Below, piece by piece: positions 1 through 13,070 of a stretch of DNA of 64,000 nt. The stretch spans positions 23,720,586 through 23,784,585 of the forward strand of contig NC_068990.1 in assembly GCF_001194135.2 (NCBI RefSeq), written 5' to 3'. Position 1 is the stretch's first letter; each line of letters starts with the position of its first letter. The notes beneath the pieces are model-generated. The model worked only from the letters and a program-made list of their open reading frames with translations, had not been told where the DNA came from and did not search any database. This DNA is from Octopus bimaculoides (lineage: Eukaryota). The position numbers were made by a program, and so were the translations under genes.

Positions 1-326
1 AACAGCGTGCTCGTGAAATTAACGTGCAAGTGGCTGAGCACTTCACAGACACGTGTACCCTTAACGTAGTTCTCGAAGAGATTCAGCGTGACACAGTGTG
101 ACAAGGCTGACCCTTTGAATTACAGGCACAACAGAAACAGGATGTAAGAGCGAGAGAAAGTTGTGGTGGAAGAGTACAGCAGGGTTCGCCACCATCCCCT
201 ACCGGAGCCTTGTTGTTTTTTAGGTGTTTTCGCTCAATAAACACTCACAACGCTCGGTCTGGGAATCGAAACCGCGATCCTATGACCGCGAGTCCGCTGC
301 CCTAACCACTGGGCCATTGCGCCTCC
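1..326 (-). mobile_element. Family C SINE, cut by the window start
   Basis: Reverse complement of 17656-17980. Confidence 0.85.
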
Positions 327-823
327 CTAGCATCAATAACAACAACAATAACAAACGAAAACATTCAATGAAGGTATCGCTTTCTGAGACAACGAACATA
401 AAATACTACTCAAAACACCAACGCCGCCGCCGCCGCCGCCACCACCATCACCACCAACAACGACAACAACGTGACCATTACCGAGGACAGAAAACAACCC
501 AAAGCACGACCAATTATCACATAATCAACCAACAGAAATGCTACCAGAACAATAACACCATTACAGCTACCATCACCACCACCTCCACCATCACTACCGC
601 CATAGCACTTTACCTAAATCTAGCGAAAAAAAAAAAATAAATAACACCATCACTTCACAAATTACTAACGAAATTGCAACATAAACACTGATATAAACAA
701 ACAACTAGAAATATTTGTGGGTGTATAAGAAGCATTCGTGTATTATACGCAGTACCTGTTTTGCAAGCATATTTTATGGAGAGAACGAATTTAATATGTT
801 TCACTATAAACTTATTGAAAGGA

Positions 824-1252
824 GGTGCAGGCGAGGCTGTGTGGTGAGACTGGGCAAGTGTCTTCTACTATATCATCGGGCTGATCAAATCTTTGTGAGT
901 GGATTAGGCAGACGGAAACTAAAAGAAGCCCGTCGTGTATATTTATACACCCACACCCACACACGCTCACACACACTCAACGCACATATTTATTTCTTTA
1001 TTGCACACAAGGTGCTAAACATAGAGGGGACAAACAAGGGATTAAGTCGATTACATCGACCCCAGTGCGTAACTGGTACTTATTTAATCGACCTCGAAAG
1101 GATGAAAGGCAAAGTCGACCTCGAAGGAATTTGAACTCAGAACGTAACGGTAGACGAAATAGAGCTAAGCATTTCGCCCGGCGTGCTAACGTTTCTGCCA
1201 GTTCACCGCTTCAACACATATGTGTGTGTCTGCGTGTATGTGTCAGTGTGTA

Positions 1253-1296
<44 letters not shown>

Positions 1297-1505
1297 TCTC
1301 ACACCACCGCTTAACAACCGGTATTGGTTTGTTTTCGTCACCGTAATGTAGCAGTTCGGCAAAAGTGACCGATAGAATAAAGACCAAGCTTAAAAAATTT
1401 TTTTAAAAGTCAAAACCAGGATCGATTCATTTGACTAAAAATTCTTCAAGGTGGTGCCCCAGTATGGCCGAAACATTACCGAAACATACGATATAAAAGA
1501 TAAAG
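824..1505 (+). mobile_element. Family A SINE, interrupted by a family B SINE
   Basis: Homologous to 24861-25260 on both sides of 989-1211. Confidence 0.8.
989..1211 (-). mobile_element. Family B SINE monomer ending in tail 1
   Basis: Reverse complement of monomer 1 of the dimer; imperfect TSD caac(g)cacatat. Confidence 0.85.
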
Positions 1506-2090
1506 ATATTTTAGTGTTTTTGTCGGGGAAAATATATGATTCTGCGCATGTAAATACAAAACTGTGAGATTATGCGGGAATAAAGTATGGAACGATAAAT
1601 TTATCTTAAATAAACTACGCTATGGGAGTACCGCATTTCAACAAATTTAGTATGCTTCATCATAGACAGTTTGCATGATATTTTTAAGTGGTTTTGTTGA
1701 GGAAACTGTAGGATTCTGTGCAAGTAAATACATTATTGTGACAATATACCAGAATAAAATCTGAAACCATAAATTTACCGTAAATAAACTGCGTTATGGG
1801 AATACTGTATCTCAAATTTATCTTCATTCAGATCAACTGTAAAAGTTATTGCCTCAGAAAATCTAAACCTCATATTTCTAATTGAGAAGCTTGGTGTAAC
1901 CACGATCGGCCACCTGGGTGGCACACCACTGCTATGATTTTGATGTCATCCACTCATTGCAAATGACTGACCCGTGGATGAAATTTTAACGTTCATTTCA
2001 TCTTTCTAGGGAAACTTTTTATTTAGATATTTAAGAAAAATATTTCACGGTCATTAAATAATGTATGGCATTACATTATTTGTAGATAGT

Positions 2091-2428
2091 GAAGGTGTGG
2101 CTTATTGGTTAGAGCGTCGAGCATAGAATCGTACGCTTGTGATTTCCATCCCCGGATCGAGCTGTGTGTTGTGTTCTTGAGCAAGACACTTTATTTCATG
2201 TTGCACCAGTTCACTAAAGTGTAGGAATGAGCTGCGACGTCACTGGTGCGAAGCTGTATCGGCCCCTTTGCCTTTCCTTGGACAACATCAGTGGCGTGGA
2301 GAGGGGAGACTAGTATGACTGGGTGACTGCTGGGTTTCCATAAACAACCTTGACTGGACTTGTACTTCGGAAGAAAACTTTCTAGGTGCAATCCCACGGT
2401 CATATTCTTCACCAAAGGAGGTCTTTAT
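2091..2428 (+). mobile_element. CORE-like tRNA SINE (family D) with a distinct 3' tail
   Basis: tRNA head; gtgttcttgagcaagacactttatttc CORE-like segment; tail ccataaacaaccttg..ctaggtgcaatccc. Confidence 0.7.
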
Positions 2429-2899
2429 TTGTGGATAAAATAAAGTACCAGTCAAGTACTGGGATCTATGAAATCGACTTGCTTTCTTCCCTCAAAATTG
2501 CTGGCCTTGTACAAAAATGTGGAAGAGTTACTTAGCTGGCAGAATGTAATTCGAGGGCATTTTAGTGGTTATTTCTAGCATGTAGAACTATCCTATGAAG
2601 GCACCTTTTCTGGTTTCGGTATTAACAGTGGTATTAATAGAATGGTAAACATCAAATTAACCAGTTCCAACATTTTTCATCACGACGGCAAAATCAATTT
2701 GATTACTGTCGATGGAATCAATACTGCAGAAGCTGATGTCATGTTTATCATAATGGAATTGGTTATCATGATCACGTTCGCCACAAACCACCCGTATTCT
2801 CTACCCCGTATTCTCTACCCCGTATTCTCTACCCTGCATTCCGAATCATTTCAGTCAAATAGCAGCTATGCATTAAGAATATATGTAACTGTGTGAACA

Positions 2900-3660
<761 letters not shown>

Positions 3661-3949
3661 GCATATACATCATTATGCAACTGCACATAGAAACACAAAA
3701 ACACATATATTACGCATTTACATTAGTCTTTATATATATGTAATATTGTATGGAAGCTTTTTCCTGCAACCAATTTGCCAATATGTCTTATTGAAAAGCA
3801 AGTTCTATTGTGTTGTGTTTTATACATTATTAAACTGTAGCAGAGCTGTGTTTTCATATTGTGCAATACAATGATGTCTTACTTAGTCAACACGGCTAAT
3901 ATTTCGAGTTAATTGATTAGAAAGTATTATTTTATTGGGTCCTTATTGC

Positions 3950-5190
3950 ATTAGAGTTAAAGCTATAAACGGTATAAGTTAAAATAGAGAGCTGTGTATC
4001 ATACCTAATGCAAATGCAACGTGGGAAGTTAGCATACTGCAGTATTCTTCCTGAGGTAATATCCCTTATGGACGTACAGTTTAAAAAAATGCAAATAGAT
4101 AAGTAGTAGTCGAAAATCACCCAGCAGTAGTAGGTGCGAGAGAGTTAGGTGTGCATTTTCGTGTATCTAAAATTGAAAAACCACTGGTGTTGCAATTAGC
4201 CGGCCGACTGAACAAAAATCCATTATGTGCAACAAAAGGAGTATTAGATTTAAAAAGTCATTTGTGTATCATACGTAATGCAAATACAACATTAAAAGTA
4301 AAAATTGACTGTGATATTCATCCACCGATAATATGTCTTTTGGAGGTACTGTATTAAAAAATATAAAAATATATCTGTAACAGAGGAAAATCTTCTTGTA
4401 GTTGTAGTAGTATTGCTAAATGCACATCTCTTGCCAGTTTGTGCTTCGTCAGTTGTAGGTATTCGCTGGTGACCGAATGCTATGATAAAATCCGCCATCA
4501 CTGATATAAGAAAACAGTGACTGAAAAAATCCCTGGTTTTGCAATTAGCCAGCCAGCTGAATAAAATCTATTATATGCAACAGAATCAGTATTAGATTAA
4601 AATAGCCAGTGGTGTATCATACTTAATGTAAATGCATCTCGAAAAACTAAACTGCGATATTATTTCGATGAAAATATCTCTTATGGACGTACTGTGTAAC
4701 ACAGATATATCAGTATTTGTGGTAAAAATGTAAGGAGTATCTTTTTGCACATCAAAAATTGAAAACTTACTGTTGTTTTATGCAGCTGGCCGGCTGAATA
4801 AAAATCCATTATATGCAATAGAATCAGCATTAGACTAAAATAGTCAGCTGCATATCATACTTAATGCAAACACATCACGATAAACCAAATCAACGGGGGT
4901 ATTCGTCTGGGAGTAATATCTTTAGAAGTAACACAAACGTAACAATAACAAACGAAAATCGCCAAGCAGCGATGGTGAGAATATTAGATACTCATTCGCG
5001 CTTCTTTGGGCTTTGTCAGTAGCATACACGCATTATTAACTGCATACTAAGACAAAATACATTGTCACTAATATAGGAAAATCATTAACGCTGCAATTCA
5101 CTGGATGACTAAATAAAAACCCTTTATGTTCAACAGGAGCAGCATTAGATTAAAATTCTTTTTTGTCATAATTAATGCTTACATACTGTG
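3950..5190. repeat. Ancient diverged tandem array, about 240-350 bp unit, 4-5 copies
   Basis: (gtg)tatcatac.taatg near 3992, 4263, 4612, 4851 and 5164; tgcaattagcc..gctgaataaaa..attagattaaaa near 4191, 4541, 4781 and 5091. Confidence 0.8.
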
Positions 5191-5265
5191 ATATATTTGA
5201 ATTACGTCAAATTAGTGTTAGTACATTTAATTAAAGTTCGTGTCTGTATATTTAATGTAGTGAAT

Positions 5266-6058
5266 GTCAGGAGTGGCTGTGTAGTAAGTAACTTGCTTAC
5301 GAACCACATGGTTCTGGGTTCAGTCCCACTGCGTGGCACCTAGGGCAAGTGTCTTCTACTATAGCCTAGGACCGACCAAAGCCTTGTGAGTGAATTTGGT
5401 AGACGGAAACTGAAAGAAGCCCGTCGTATATATATATATATATATATATATATNNNNNNNNNNNNNNNNNNNNNNNNNNNNNNNNNNNNNNNNNNNNNNN
5501 NNNNNNNNNNNNNNNNNNNNNNNNNNNNNNNNNNNNNNNNNNNNNNNNNNNNNNNNNNNNNNNNNNNNNNNNNNNNNNNNNNNNNNNNNNNNNNNNNNNN
5601 NNNNNNNNNNNNNNNNNNNNNNNNNNNNNNNNNNNNNNNNNNNNNNNNNNNNNNNNNNNNNNNNNNNNNNNNNNNNNNNNNNNNNNNNNNNNNNNNNNNN
5701 NNNNNNNNNNNNNNNNNNNNNNNNNNNNNNNNNNNNNNNNNNNNNNNNNNNNNNNNNNNNNNNNNNNNNNNNNNNNNNNNNNNNNNNNNNNNNNNNNNNN
5801 NNNNNNNNNNNNNNNNNNNNNNNNNNNNNNNNNNNNNNNNNNNNNNTGTGTGTGTGTGTGTTTGTCTCCCTCCCCAAACATCGCTTGACAATCAATGGGG
5901 GTGTGTTTACGTCCCCGTAACTTAGCAGTTCGGCAAAAAGAGATCGATAGAATAAGTACTAGGTTTACAAAGAATAAGTCCTGAGGTCGATTTGCTCGAC
6001 TAAAGGCGGTACTCCAGCATGGCCACGGTCAAATGACTGAAACAAGTAAAAGAATAAA
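5266..6058 (+). mobile_element. Family A SINE spanning an assembly gap in its microsatellite
   Basis: 5' half 5266-5453 and 3' half 5847-6058 match 24861-25260. Confidence 0.85.
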
Positions 6059-6613
6059 TATATTTACGTGTTGAGGAAAAGGTGACATATGCTTAGTGGT
6101 GTATATTCATATAATCATTTCAGTACGTAAGGAAGACAGTTTTGGATACATTTCTGTCTTATGAAACCTCCTCAGTGAAATATAAATTTCACAGTAATTA
6201 CAGAAGTATTAATGAGAACAACTATATATATGTACAATGATGTACATAAATAACAGGACAAATTAGTTTATTATAGAAGAAAGTTATTACACAAGTTGTT
6301 AATTACATCAGTCATAAAATCAACAACTAATGTCAACATATTTAATGCGGCGACTATTAACAATCTAATTAGAACTAGTCTTATTAGCTTGTAGCTTTTG
6401 TTTTTTCATAAGCAGCAATATCAGTCTGGCAAACTCTGAACTCAGTATATAGAAATATAAAACTATTTGCTAATTTATACTGATATTGCCTGTTGTCGTT
6501 GAATGAGTTGCCACAGCAACTACCATTCAATTCTACTCGTGAGCACCGTATGTTTAGGATTACATTATCCATATGCGAACCACAGTTTTTCATAGACGAC
6601 AAGGTCACATATA

Positions 6614-6831
6614 TGAAGAGGCACTGAAATGTTCCTGGCTTTAAGGATGTCGCGTAAGGCCTGATCGCAAGCCCAACCTTCCGAGTTCTTTTACAGAGTT
6701 TAGAAAAACTGAAGGACGGCTGCAGTAAGTGTGTGGAGCTGAGAAAGTAATATTTGGAATTAAGTCTTAATTAACTGATCTTGTATTTTTTTTCTTTTAC
6801 TTAAAGCCAGGAACTTTTCAGCACCCTCTCG
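6614..6831. mobile_element. Mariner-type MITE
   Basis: About 31-bp TIRs sharing CTGAAA(T/A)GTTCCTGGCTTTAA; related inverted copy at 20243-20417. Confidence 0.8.
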
Positions 6832-6942
6832 TTAACGTATCATTTGGCATTTTGTCCGATGCTAAACAGTTTCTTCCATTTAACTGCTCGCGTCGAGTAA
6901 ATAGCAGAAGTTAGGAAATATTTGCGCAGGCATGACCATAGG

Positions 6943-7366
6943 GACAGGCATGGCTATAGGCGCACACATCGATGTATGGTTAAGAAGTTCGCTTTGCAGC
7001 TCTCTAGCTTCTGGTTCGATCCCACTGTGCAACACCATCGGCAAGTGTCTTCTACTATAGCTCTCGACCGATCAACGCCTTGTGAGTGATATTGGAAAAC
7101 GGAAACTGTGTGGAAGCGTTTTGTTTCTATATATGTGTGTGTGTGTGTGTGTTTGTGTGTGTGTTCGTGCTTATGTTTGTTCCCCACGACCGTTTTACAA
7201 CCAGTATTGGTTTTGTTCATGTCCCCATGATTTTAGCGCTCGGCCAAAGACGATCAATAGAATAAGTACCGGACTTAAATAAAAAGTTCCAGGGACGAAT
7301 TCTATGACTAGACTATTGAAGGCAGTGCTCCAGCATGGCTGCGATCCAATGACTGGGACAGGTAAA
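6943..7366 (+). mobile_element. Family A SINE, older copy
   Basis: Colinear but diverged relative to 24861-25260. Confidence 0.75.
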
Positions 7367-7883
7367 CGTTAATAGACAGCGTGGTAGTATGGTAGAGGAA
7401 ACAGGTAAGGCCTCGTTCCCAACACCTTGATTAGCTGGTTGATGCTAAAGATACCATTTCGTTTTAGAATACTATACAGCATCGGAAATTGATGAACAGA
7501 GGGCGAAGGTTGTTTGACATACACTGATCGCGATGAAGCTTCGATTTCTGATTGAAGCAAGAAGCAACATTCCCCCTCATACGTCAAAATAACCTATATC
7601 ACCTATTGATTTCTTTCGCCTTAGCATAACGTTCTCTTTGTGAAAGGGTACTCGAAGTGTTACATATAATAGCAACGATAAGCGTATTCAAAGGGGATTA
7701 CAGTGTAATAAAGGTACATGTTTTATTGAACCTTATAGGATGAAAAGCAAATCCAAATATAGGAGGATTTGATTCGGATCAGTGAGAGATAAATAGATAG
7801 AGAGGTAAATATATAGATTGATAGAGAAATAGATAGAAGAAATATTTAGAGACGTAAACAAAGGAGGATGCACACGGATGAGC

Positions 7884-7916
<33 letters not shown>

Positions 7917-8509
7917 NNNNNNNNNNNNNNNNNNNNNNNNNNNNNNNNNNNNNNNNNNNNNNNNNNNNNNNNNNNNNNNNNNNNNNNNNNNNNNNNNNNN
8001 NNNNNNNNNNNNNNNNTATATATTGACCTCATTTTGGTCATCTTTTGTAATGGTTACTTGTCTCCTAGACATAGCAGCAGTAGGTCAAAATCACGTGGTC
8101 TGTTGGTCTCGTAACTGAAACAGTAGGAAGTTTTCTCCCCGCTTGCAATATATATCGAGTAAAATAGCTGTATCGTCTGTTCTTATAGAAAAGGTGTCGA
8201 TAACATTAGGTGTCGATAAACATTACTTCTCAGTATAAATACTTTTTCGTATCCAATAGAGATTTTCTTAACGAGCTAGTTTGCTGGTATGAAATGGTTA
8301 ATGAAAAAATTATAAAATGCGCTTAGCCAAGATAAATGATATTCCGCAAGATGGAAGATAACTACTATCTGGTTCGCAAGAGCCCCTATCAAAATTGATG
8401 ATTGAAGGTTACTGTGGGTCTTAAATTCTCAAGTAAGCCCTTTCAATACAGATAAGATAACAGTAAATTTTTAAGTTCTAGTTTTCCGTTCTTTTGTAGG
8501 AAAAAGTTT

Positions 8510-8712
8510 GTTTCAAATTTTTGCACAAGTTCTGAAATTTCGGGGAGCGGGGTTAAACCGATTACATCGATCCCAATGCTCCGCGAGTAATTATTTTATC
8601 GACCCCAAAAGGCGAAGTCGATCTCGGGGTAATTTGAACTCGGAACGAAAAGACAGACGGTTTATCTCTAAGCACTTTGCCCGGAGTGTCAACGCTTCTG
8701 CCAGTTCGACGC
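8510..8712 (-). mobile_element. Family B SINE
   Basis: ttatcgaccccaaaaggcgaagtcgatctcggggtaatttgaactc. Confidence 0.75.
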
Positions 8713-8961
8713 AATTTTTGGTAGCAAAATATTATAATGATAAAATATGAACAAAGACAGATTTTACTGTATGATTGTGAGAATACTATTGGAAAACTAT
8801 GACGGATAATCTCAGGATATCAGAATATGAAACACGAGTAAACTTTGGTAAATACTGTATTCCCTATGCACCAGAAGAACCATATTGCAATACATTTTAT
8901 ATAATAATAGCAGTTAACCTAATTAGCTAATGAAATGAGATTTCTAGTGTTATTTGCACGG

Positions 8962-9150
8962 CAAGCTGGCAGAGTCGTTACAGCACCGGGAAAAATTGCT
9001 TTGCGGTATTTATTTTGACTTTTTACGTGGTGAGTTCAAATCCCACCGAGGTTAACTTTACCTCTTATCCATTCGGGGTTGGTGAAATAAAGTATTAGAG
9101 TTGATGGTATCGACTAATCCTGTCCCCTCAAAACGATTGTCCTTCTGCCT
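8962..9150 (+). mobile_element. Family B SINE
   Basis: gctggcagagtcgttacagcaccggg..gagttcaaatcccaccgagg. Confidence 0.72.
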
Positions 9151-9219
9151 AAAGTCGGAAAGCATCATTTCTAATAACTGTATCAAAATGAGTTCTTTGG
9201 CTGTACTTGATTCTATAGT

Positions 9220-9540
9220 GCAGGCGCAATGGCCCAGTGGTAAGGGCAGCAGACTCGCGGTCGGAGGATCGCAGTTTAGATTCCCAGATCGGGCGTTGTG
9301 TGTATTTATTGAGCGAAAACACCTAAAAGCTCCACGAGGCTCCGGCAGGGGTGGTGGTGGCGACCCCTGTTGTACTCTTTCGCTCCAACTTTCTCTCACT
9401 CTTTCTTCTTGTTTCTTGAGTAAAGCTGCGATGGACTGGCGTCCCGTCCAGCTGGGACGGGGGATAGGAACCTACGCCATAGAAACCGGGAAACCAGGCC
9501 CATGAGCCTGGCTAGGCTTTAAAAGGTCGCATAAATAAAT
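9220..9540 (+). mobile_element. SINE with family C head and body but a V-domain-like 3' part
   Basis: First about 200 nt match 17656; then ctgcgatggactggcgtcccgtccag..gaaaccggg and an (AAAT)n tail. Confidence 0.75.
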
Positions 9541-9722
9541 AAACTTGATTCTATAACTAATGTTTCTAAACTAATTAACAAATCAGATTTGAGACATGGA
9601 CATTAAAAAAAAAATCTTTATGCGCTTACGTTTGCTACAAGACCTTTTTTTCTAATGCTTCTGAAACTGTAGCTGTCGACCCTATTTTCAAATTGACTGA
9701 AACATTTGGAAATATTTCACAA

Positions 9723-9930
9723 AGACGGTGAGCTGGCAGAATCGTTAGCACGCCGGTCAAAACCCTTAACAACATTTAAGCCATCTTGAAGATCTGAGTT
9801 CAAATTCCACCGAGGTCGACTTTTCCTTTCATCCCTTCGGGGTCGATAAAATAATTAGTAGTTCAGCACTGTAATCGACTAGCCCCTCCTCTGTAATTTC
9901 TGGCCTTGTGTCAACACTTGAAACCAATAT
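9723..9930 (+). mobile_element. Family B SINE
   Basis: Head, Meta-like domain and ggccttgtgtc..ttgaaacc tail. Confidence 0.8.
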
Positions 9931-10697
9931 TTCACAAAATTTCTAATCAATTAATAAATTTGCCATTTGTGGTGGTTTTCTATAATATGCTTCAAGGACT
10001 GACGCTAACATGCATTTCTCTTACAAATTATTCGTTTTTAAAGTTAGTAATATATTAGCCCGTTCTTCCATATTTTTTTTCTAGTTTAATTTCAGATAAT
10101 ACGGGATATTCCTTGCAATAACAATCCTACAATAGCAACATCACTCAAAACAAAACAAAACAAAACATTATTTGAAGTAGGTCTCTTCTGGCAAACCCTC
10201 TGTGTCAGTCATACTTACCAGATTTGTATCTGTGCTGTGCTGTTGTCCTCTTTTAACGCATACCACCACGACTATGAATGAGAGAGTCTAATTTCTATAT
10301 GAATATCTTATACCATGCTTTGGCTTCATTCCAGATGCACTTCCAGTTACCGTAGCATTTACACCAAAGTATTTTACATATTTCATAGTTATAGATCTAC
10401 TTTTCTTATCAATTCTTTCATCAACCTGTTTTATAATTTCTATGAAACATTAAAAACATCGTTTCGTCATCCCCGTTTCTATCTTTACGCTGCTGCATTT
10501 CGAGTCACTTTAAAAACTTTCGCGTAGTCTCATGGTAGTTTCGTGGCTGGAAATTTTTATAAAATTTTTTATAGTATATAACTTCTTAAGAAAGGTTTTA
10601 AAATATTTTGTTGAAGTTGGGATTTGAAGCCTGAAAAGCTACATTTATGGACACGATATTCAAGATAATATTTGGGAAGTAAAAAATCCGCGAGATT

Positions 10698-10895
10698 GTT
10701 GAATCGTTGGCGCGTCTGACAAAATGCTTAGCGACATTTCGTTCTTCTTTACGTTCTGAGTTCAAATTCCGCCGAGGTCAATTTTGCCTTTCATCCTTTC
10801 GGTGTCGATAAAATAGGTTACAACTGGACACTGCGGTCGATGTAATTGTCTTGCCCCCTCCTTCGAAACTACTTGTGTCAAACTTTGAAACCAAT
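10698..10895 (+). mobile_element. Family B SINE
   Basis: gagttcaaattccgccgaggtcaattttgcctttcatcctttcgg. Confidence 0.78.
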
Positions 10896-10999
10896 ATATG
10901 GGAAGCAAAATGAAGTTAAAGCATAATGACTGTCTTGAATCATATCATTTAGTATTATTTAGAGGTACGGGTTTTGTAAATCTTCTTGCTAATCATTTA

Positions 11000-12030
11000 A
11001 CACAAGGTACGCTTTGAGATCCTCTCATTGCAGCAGGGTTATCTCTTTATATGTCCTCCTAATCAACAAACGAGCCATAACTAAGAAGGCAAATCCTTCG
11101 TTGTAGGTACTTCCATTGAGTTGATTAAAACTTGATTATTGAATCGTCTTGTAATCATGTCAATGGTGGCACAAATGCAGTACAAGTTTTAGTTTCCGGT
11201 ATTTGAAATTTCGGGAACGTTGTTGTCTGGCAAGCGATTTGATCTGAGACTATGTTTTGAAACTAAAACAATTACAGAATTGAAGATGCATATCAACAAT
11301 TCAAAAACACACAATGACTGTTAACTTCACTGAAACATTTATTATTGGCGTCAAAATTTGTGTCTCACCAACTGCGACACCAGATAATAAATAAATATTT
11401 AACTGAAGTTAACAGTTTGTGTTTGGATGGCTAATATGCATCTTCCACACAGTAATTGTTTAGGTATTACGAAAGTTAAATTAAAAGGCCAGTAAACAAA
11501 CATATTTTGTCAGGAAAAAACAAAGTATATTATATACTCGAATCTCCAACATGCTGAAATATATTGCTCACAAGCATAATTCACTTTCTATGCCAGATTC
11601 AATGGAATTATTTATATAAATATCAACGCGCACAGACATTATTTGCTCTTTGTCTAGAATTCAATATAATGATTTACATAAATGTCATTTATTGTTAAAA
11701 TATTTTCAGTTTGCCAGTTGTCGATGCATCTGGAATTATTCCTAAAGTCCCCTCTGTGTTGGCCCCTTGTGGGTAATAAAAAAAAGTGGAATTATCCCTA
11801 AAATAAGAGACTGCACTCTCCGGCGCTTGTAGGAATACTTCCTCACATACTAGCATATTCATTTTGTAAATTTTCAACTAATTCTTTACGCACAACCAGA
11901 GCAGTAATATCCTTGATTGAACTAATGCATTTTGTTCGATGTAACTTAACATTTCAAGTACATTTCCTCTATCGCAACTTTTGATTAAATTAATTTGGTG
12001 ATCGATTACTGCTGTGACATTTTTTTAGTC
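11000..12030 (-). mobile_element. Possible highly decayed hAT transposase remnant
   Basis: After removing the 40-bp insertion at 11747-11786, the minus strand gives a YF..IIPDASTTGK segment resembling hAT YFSILADE..D and a CISH-like segment; heavily disrupted. Confidence 0.25.
11747..11786 (+). mobile_element. 40-bp solo copy of family B tail 1 with 16-bp TSD
   Basis: gtcccctctgtgttggccccttgtgggtaataaaaaaaag between TGGAATTATTCCTAAA (11731-11746) and TGGAATTATCCCTAAA (11787-11802). Confidence 0.8.
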
Positions 12031-12879
12031 TTTGTTCACAATATTTATTTTCAAATTATTTTTACTTCAATGTTTTGGTTTCTAGTTTTCCTAAATATAT
12101 TTGAAATTTGATTTGAGTTTACAAAACTATTTAATATTCTTTTTACACTTTACAAATTTTTCATGCTCAATTAGAGCTGATCTGTACATGTTTGTTTGTA
12201 CACAATTACAACACTTGCACACTGCATCATTACTCTTCCATATAATAACTCGGACTGACTTTCCTAATCATTTTTCTTATATTTCTTCCTTATTCGTTTT
12301 CCTTTTGTAACACTGTTTGTCATCATTAGTGTCCCGCTTTTTATTAACTTAAACTCTTAAGATTACTAAAAAGTTAAGATTACTAAAAAGATGCTAAGAT
12401 TATTAAAAATATACTAAGGGACGCCCTTTTGCTATAGTAAAAGCAGCATCCCTTAGCATTATTTTTACCCGATTAAAACACAAGTATCAATTAAACACCA
12501 ATAAATGGGGATTTTAAAATGTCAAGTAAGTAACATGAACCCCGCAAAATCCCTTTTCCCTATGTTCGACTCAATTATGGTGCAGATTAAAAATGATGGA
12601 ATAAATCTATTATTCAAGGAGAAAAAAATATAAGAAGAAAAAGGTTTTTTCTTTTTCTTTGCAAGAATTAATCTGAAAAATAGACACAATGTCCGAAAAT
12701 GGATATTACATGACAACTCTGTTGATAAGTTTTATAACACATCTTGAAGGGCCAGTTACTTTATAGCAAGACAGATACGTCCCTGAAAAAAGAAACAAAA
12801 TCAAGAAATATTCGGGGAGCTACTTCTTGCAAACTTTTCTAATCAACAATTTTTAATCAACTTTTCTAATCAACATAAC

Positions 12880-13070
12880 GAAAAATATAGAGGAGGGACA
12901 GGTTAATTAAGTCGAACCACAATTATTGATATGGAGGTTTGTTTTATCGACACTAGAAAGACGAAAACAAGTCGAAATCAGCAGGATTTGAACTCAAAAT
13001 TTGAAGATCCGTAGCAAATGAAGTGGAGAGTTTTGCCCGACTCTTTTACATATCTGCCGTTCCACTGCTA
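12880..13070 (-). mobile_element. Family B SINE, old copy
   Basis: Diverged reverse-complement match. Confidence 0.6.

Noticed and set aside
2790-2835. Short exact tandem repeats (14-bp x3 here; 23-bp x2 near 62700; 17-bp near 12355) as CRISPR-like arrays
   Set aside because: No spacers, no cas genes, eukaryotic context; ordinary slippage duplications.
10219-10425. Minus-strand segment ending at a perfect GTAAGT donor
   Set aside because: An in-frame stop follows the plausible acceptor, and the alternative acceptor has no polypyrimidine tract; coding cannot be supported.
11710-11772. Apparent + exon (ttttcAG..TGG|GTAATA)
   Set aside because: The donor and 3' half come from the 40-bp SINE-tail insertion bounded by a TSD.
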